This document shows, one piece after another, positions 49,653-49,807 of a DNA stretch of 49,807 nt; position 1 is the stretch's first letter, and each line of letters opens with the position of its first letter. Under the pieces are notes generated by a model. That model was given only the letters and a program-made list of their open reading frames with translations, was not told the DNA's origin and made no database searches. The stretch is from NCBI GenBank assembly GCA_023129485.1, contig JAGMBY010000041.1, positions 1 through 49,807 of the forward strand, in the 5' to 3' direction. The DNA comes from Actinomycetes bacterium. Lineage in GTDB: Bacteria > Actinomycetota > Humimicrobiia > JAHJRV01. The position numbers were made by a program, and so were the translations under genes.

Positions 49653-49807
49653 ATGCCACCGTTATTAGAGGTAAAAAATTTAACCACAAGATTTTATACT
49701 CAAGATGGAGTAGTATATGCTGTTAACGGCATTAACTTTTATGTAAATAAAGGAGAAACACTGGGGGTAGTTGGTGAAAGTGGTTGTGGAAAAACTACAG
49801 TTGCCAA
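49653..49807 (+). CDS. 5' end of a second Opp/Dpp-type ABC ATPase (partial; runs off the window).
   Basis: [49 protein letters not shown] contains the Walker A motif. GGAGAAAT lies upstream. Confidence 0.8.
   Translation, partial: MPPLLEVKNLTTRFYTQDGVVYAVNGINFYVNKGETLGVVGESGCGKTTVA

Overview
AT-rich bacterial chromosomal segment (roughly 30% GC by eye, not computed; proteins rich in K, I, N and E). Almost all of it is core housekeeping. From left to right: (i) a minus-strand methyl-branch/flavin-bifurcation-type cluster (tandem-fused hdrA, mvhD, metF) facing a divergent acsE-like methyltransferase; (ii) ligA, a CPBP protease and gatCAB; (iii) a sugar-phosphate isomerase-like gene, dnaE, tRNA-Leu(CAA), polA, rpsA and coaE; (iv) uvrB, uvrA and uvrC, with a REP-associated tyrosine transposase (RAYT) and structured repeats inserted between uvrB and uvrA; (v) a DUF360 membrane protein, rapZ, whiA, gap, pgk and tpiA; (vi) a GT39/ArnT-like membrane glycosyltransferase; (vii) a complete Opp/Dpp-type peptide ABC transporter operon; (viii) an orphan membrane protein, an MFS transporter, secG and the start of a second Opp-type ATPase. 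I found no CRISPR array, rRNA, prophage, integrase, toxin-antitoxin pair or recognisable defence island. I cannot honestly point to a clear new multi-gene system. The observations most worth a second look are: (1) the 3.3 kb downstream of and inside the hdrA-mvhD-metF operon, where four gene remnants (hdrB', hdrA', hydE', metV') are joined by base-precise junctions, leaving a MetF-MvhD-double-HdrA module without MetV or HdrBC; (2) the RAYT, flanked by permuted A-B / B-A hairpin modules; (3) a second, unrelated long palindromic element found just 3' of both gatB and dnaE; (4) an uncharacterised 582-aa membrane protein with a repeat-containing extracytoplasmic domain. All function calls come from reading the translations for family-specific motifs. 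No database search was possible.
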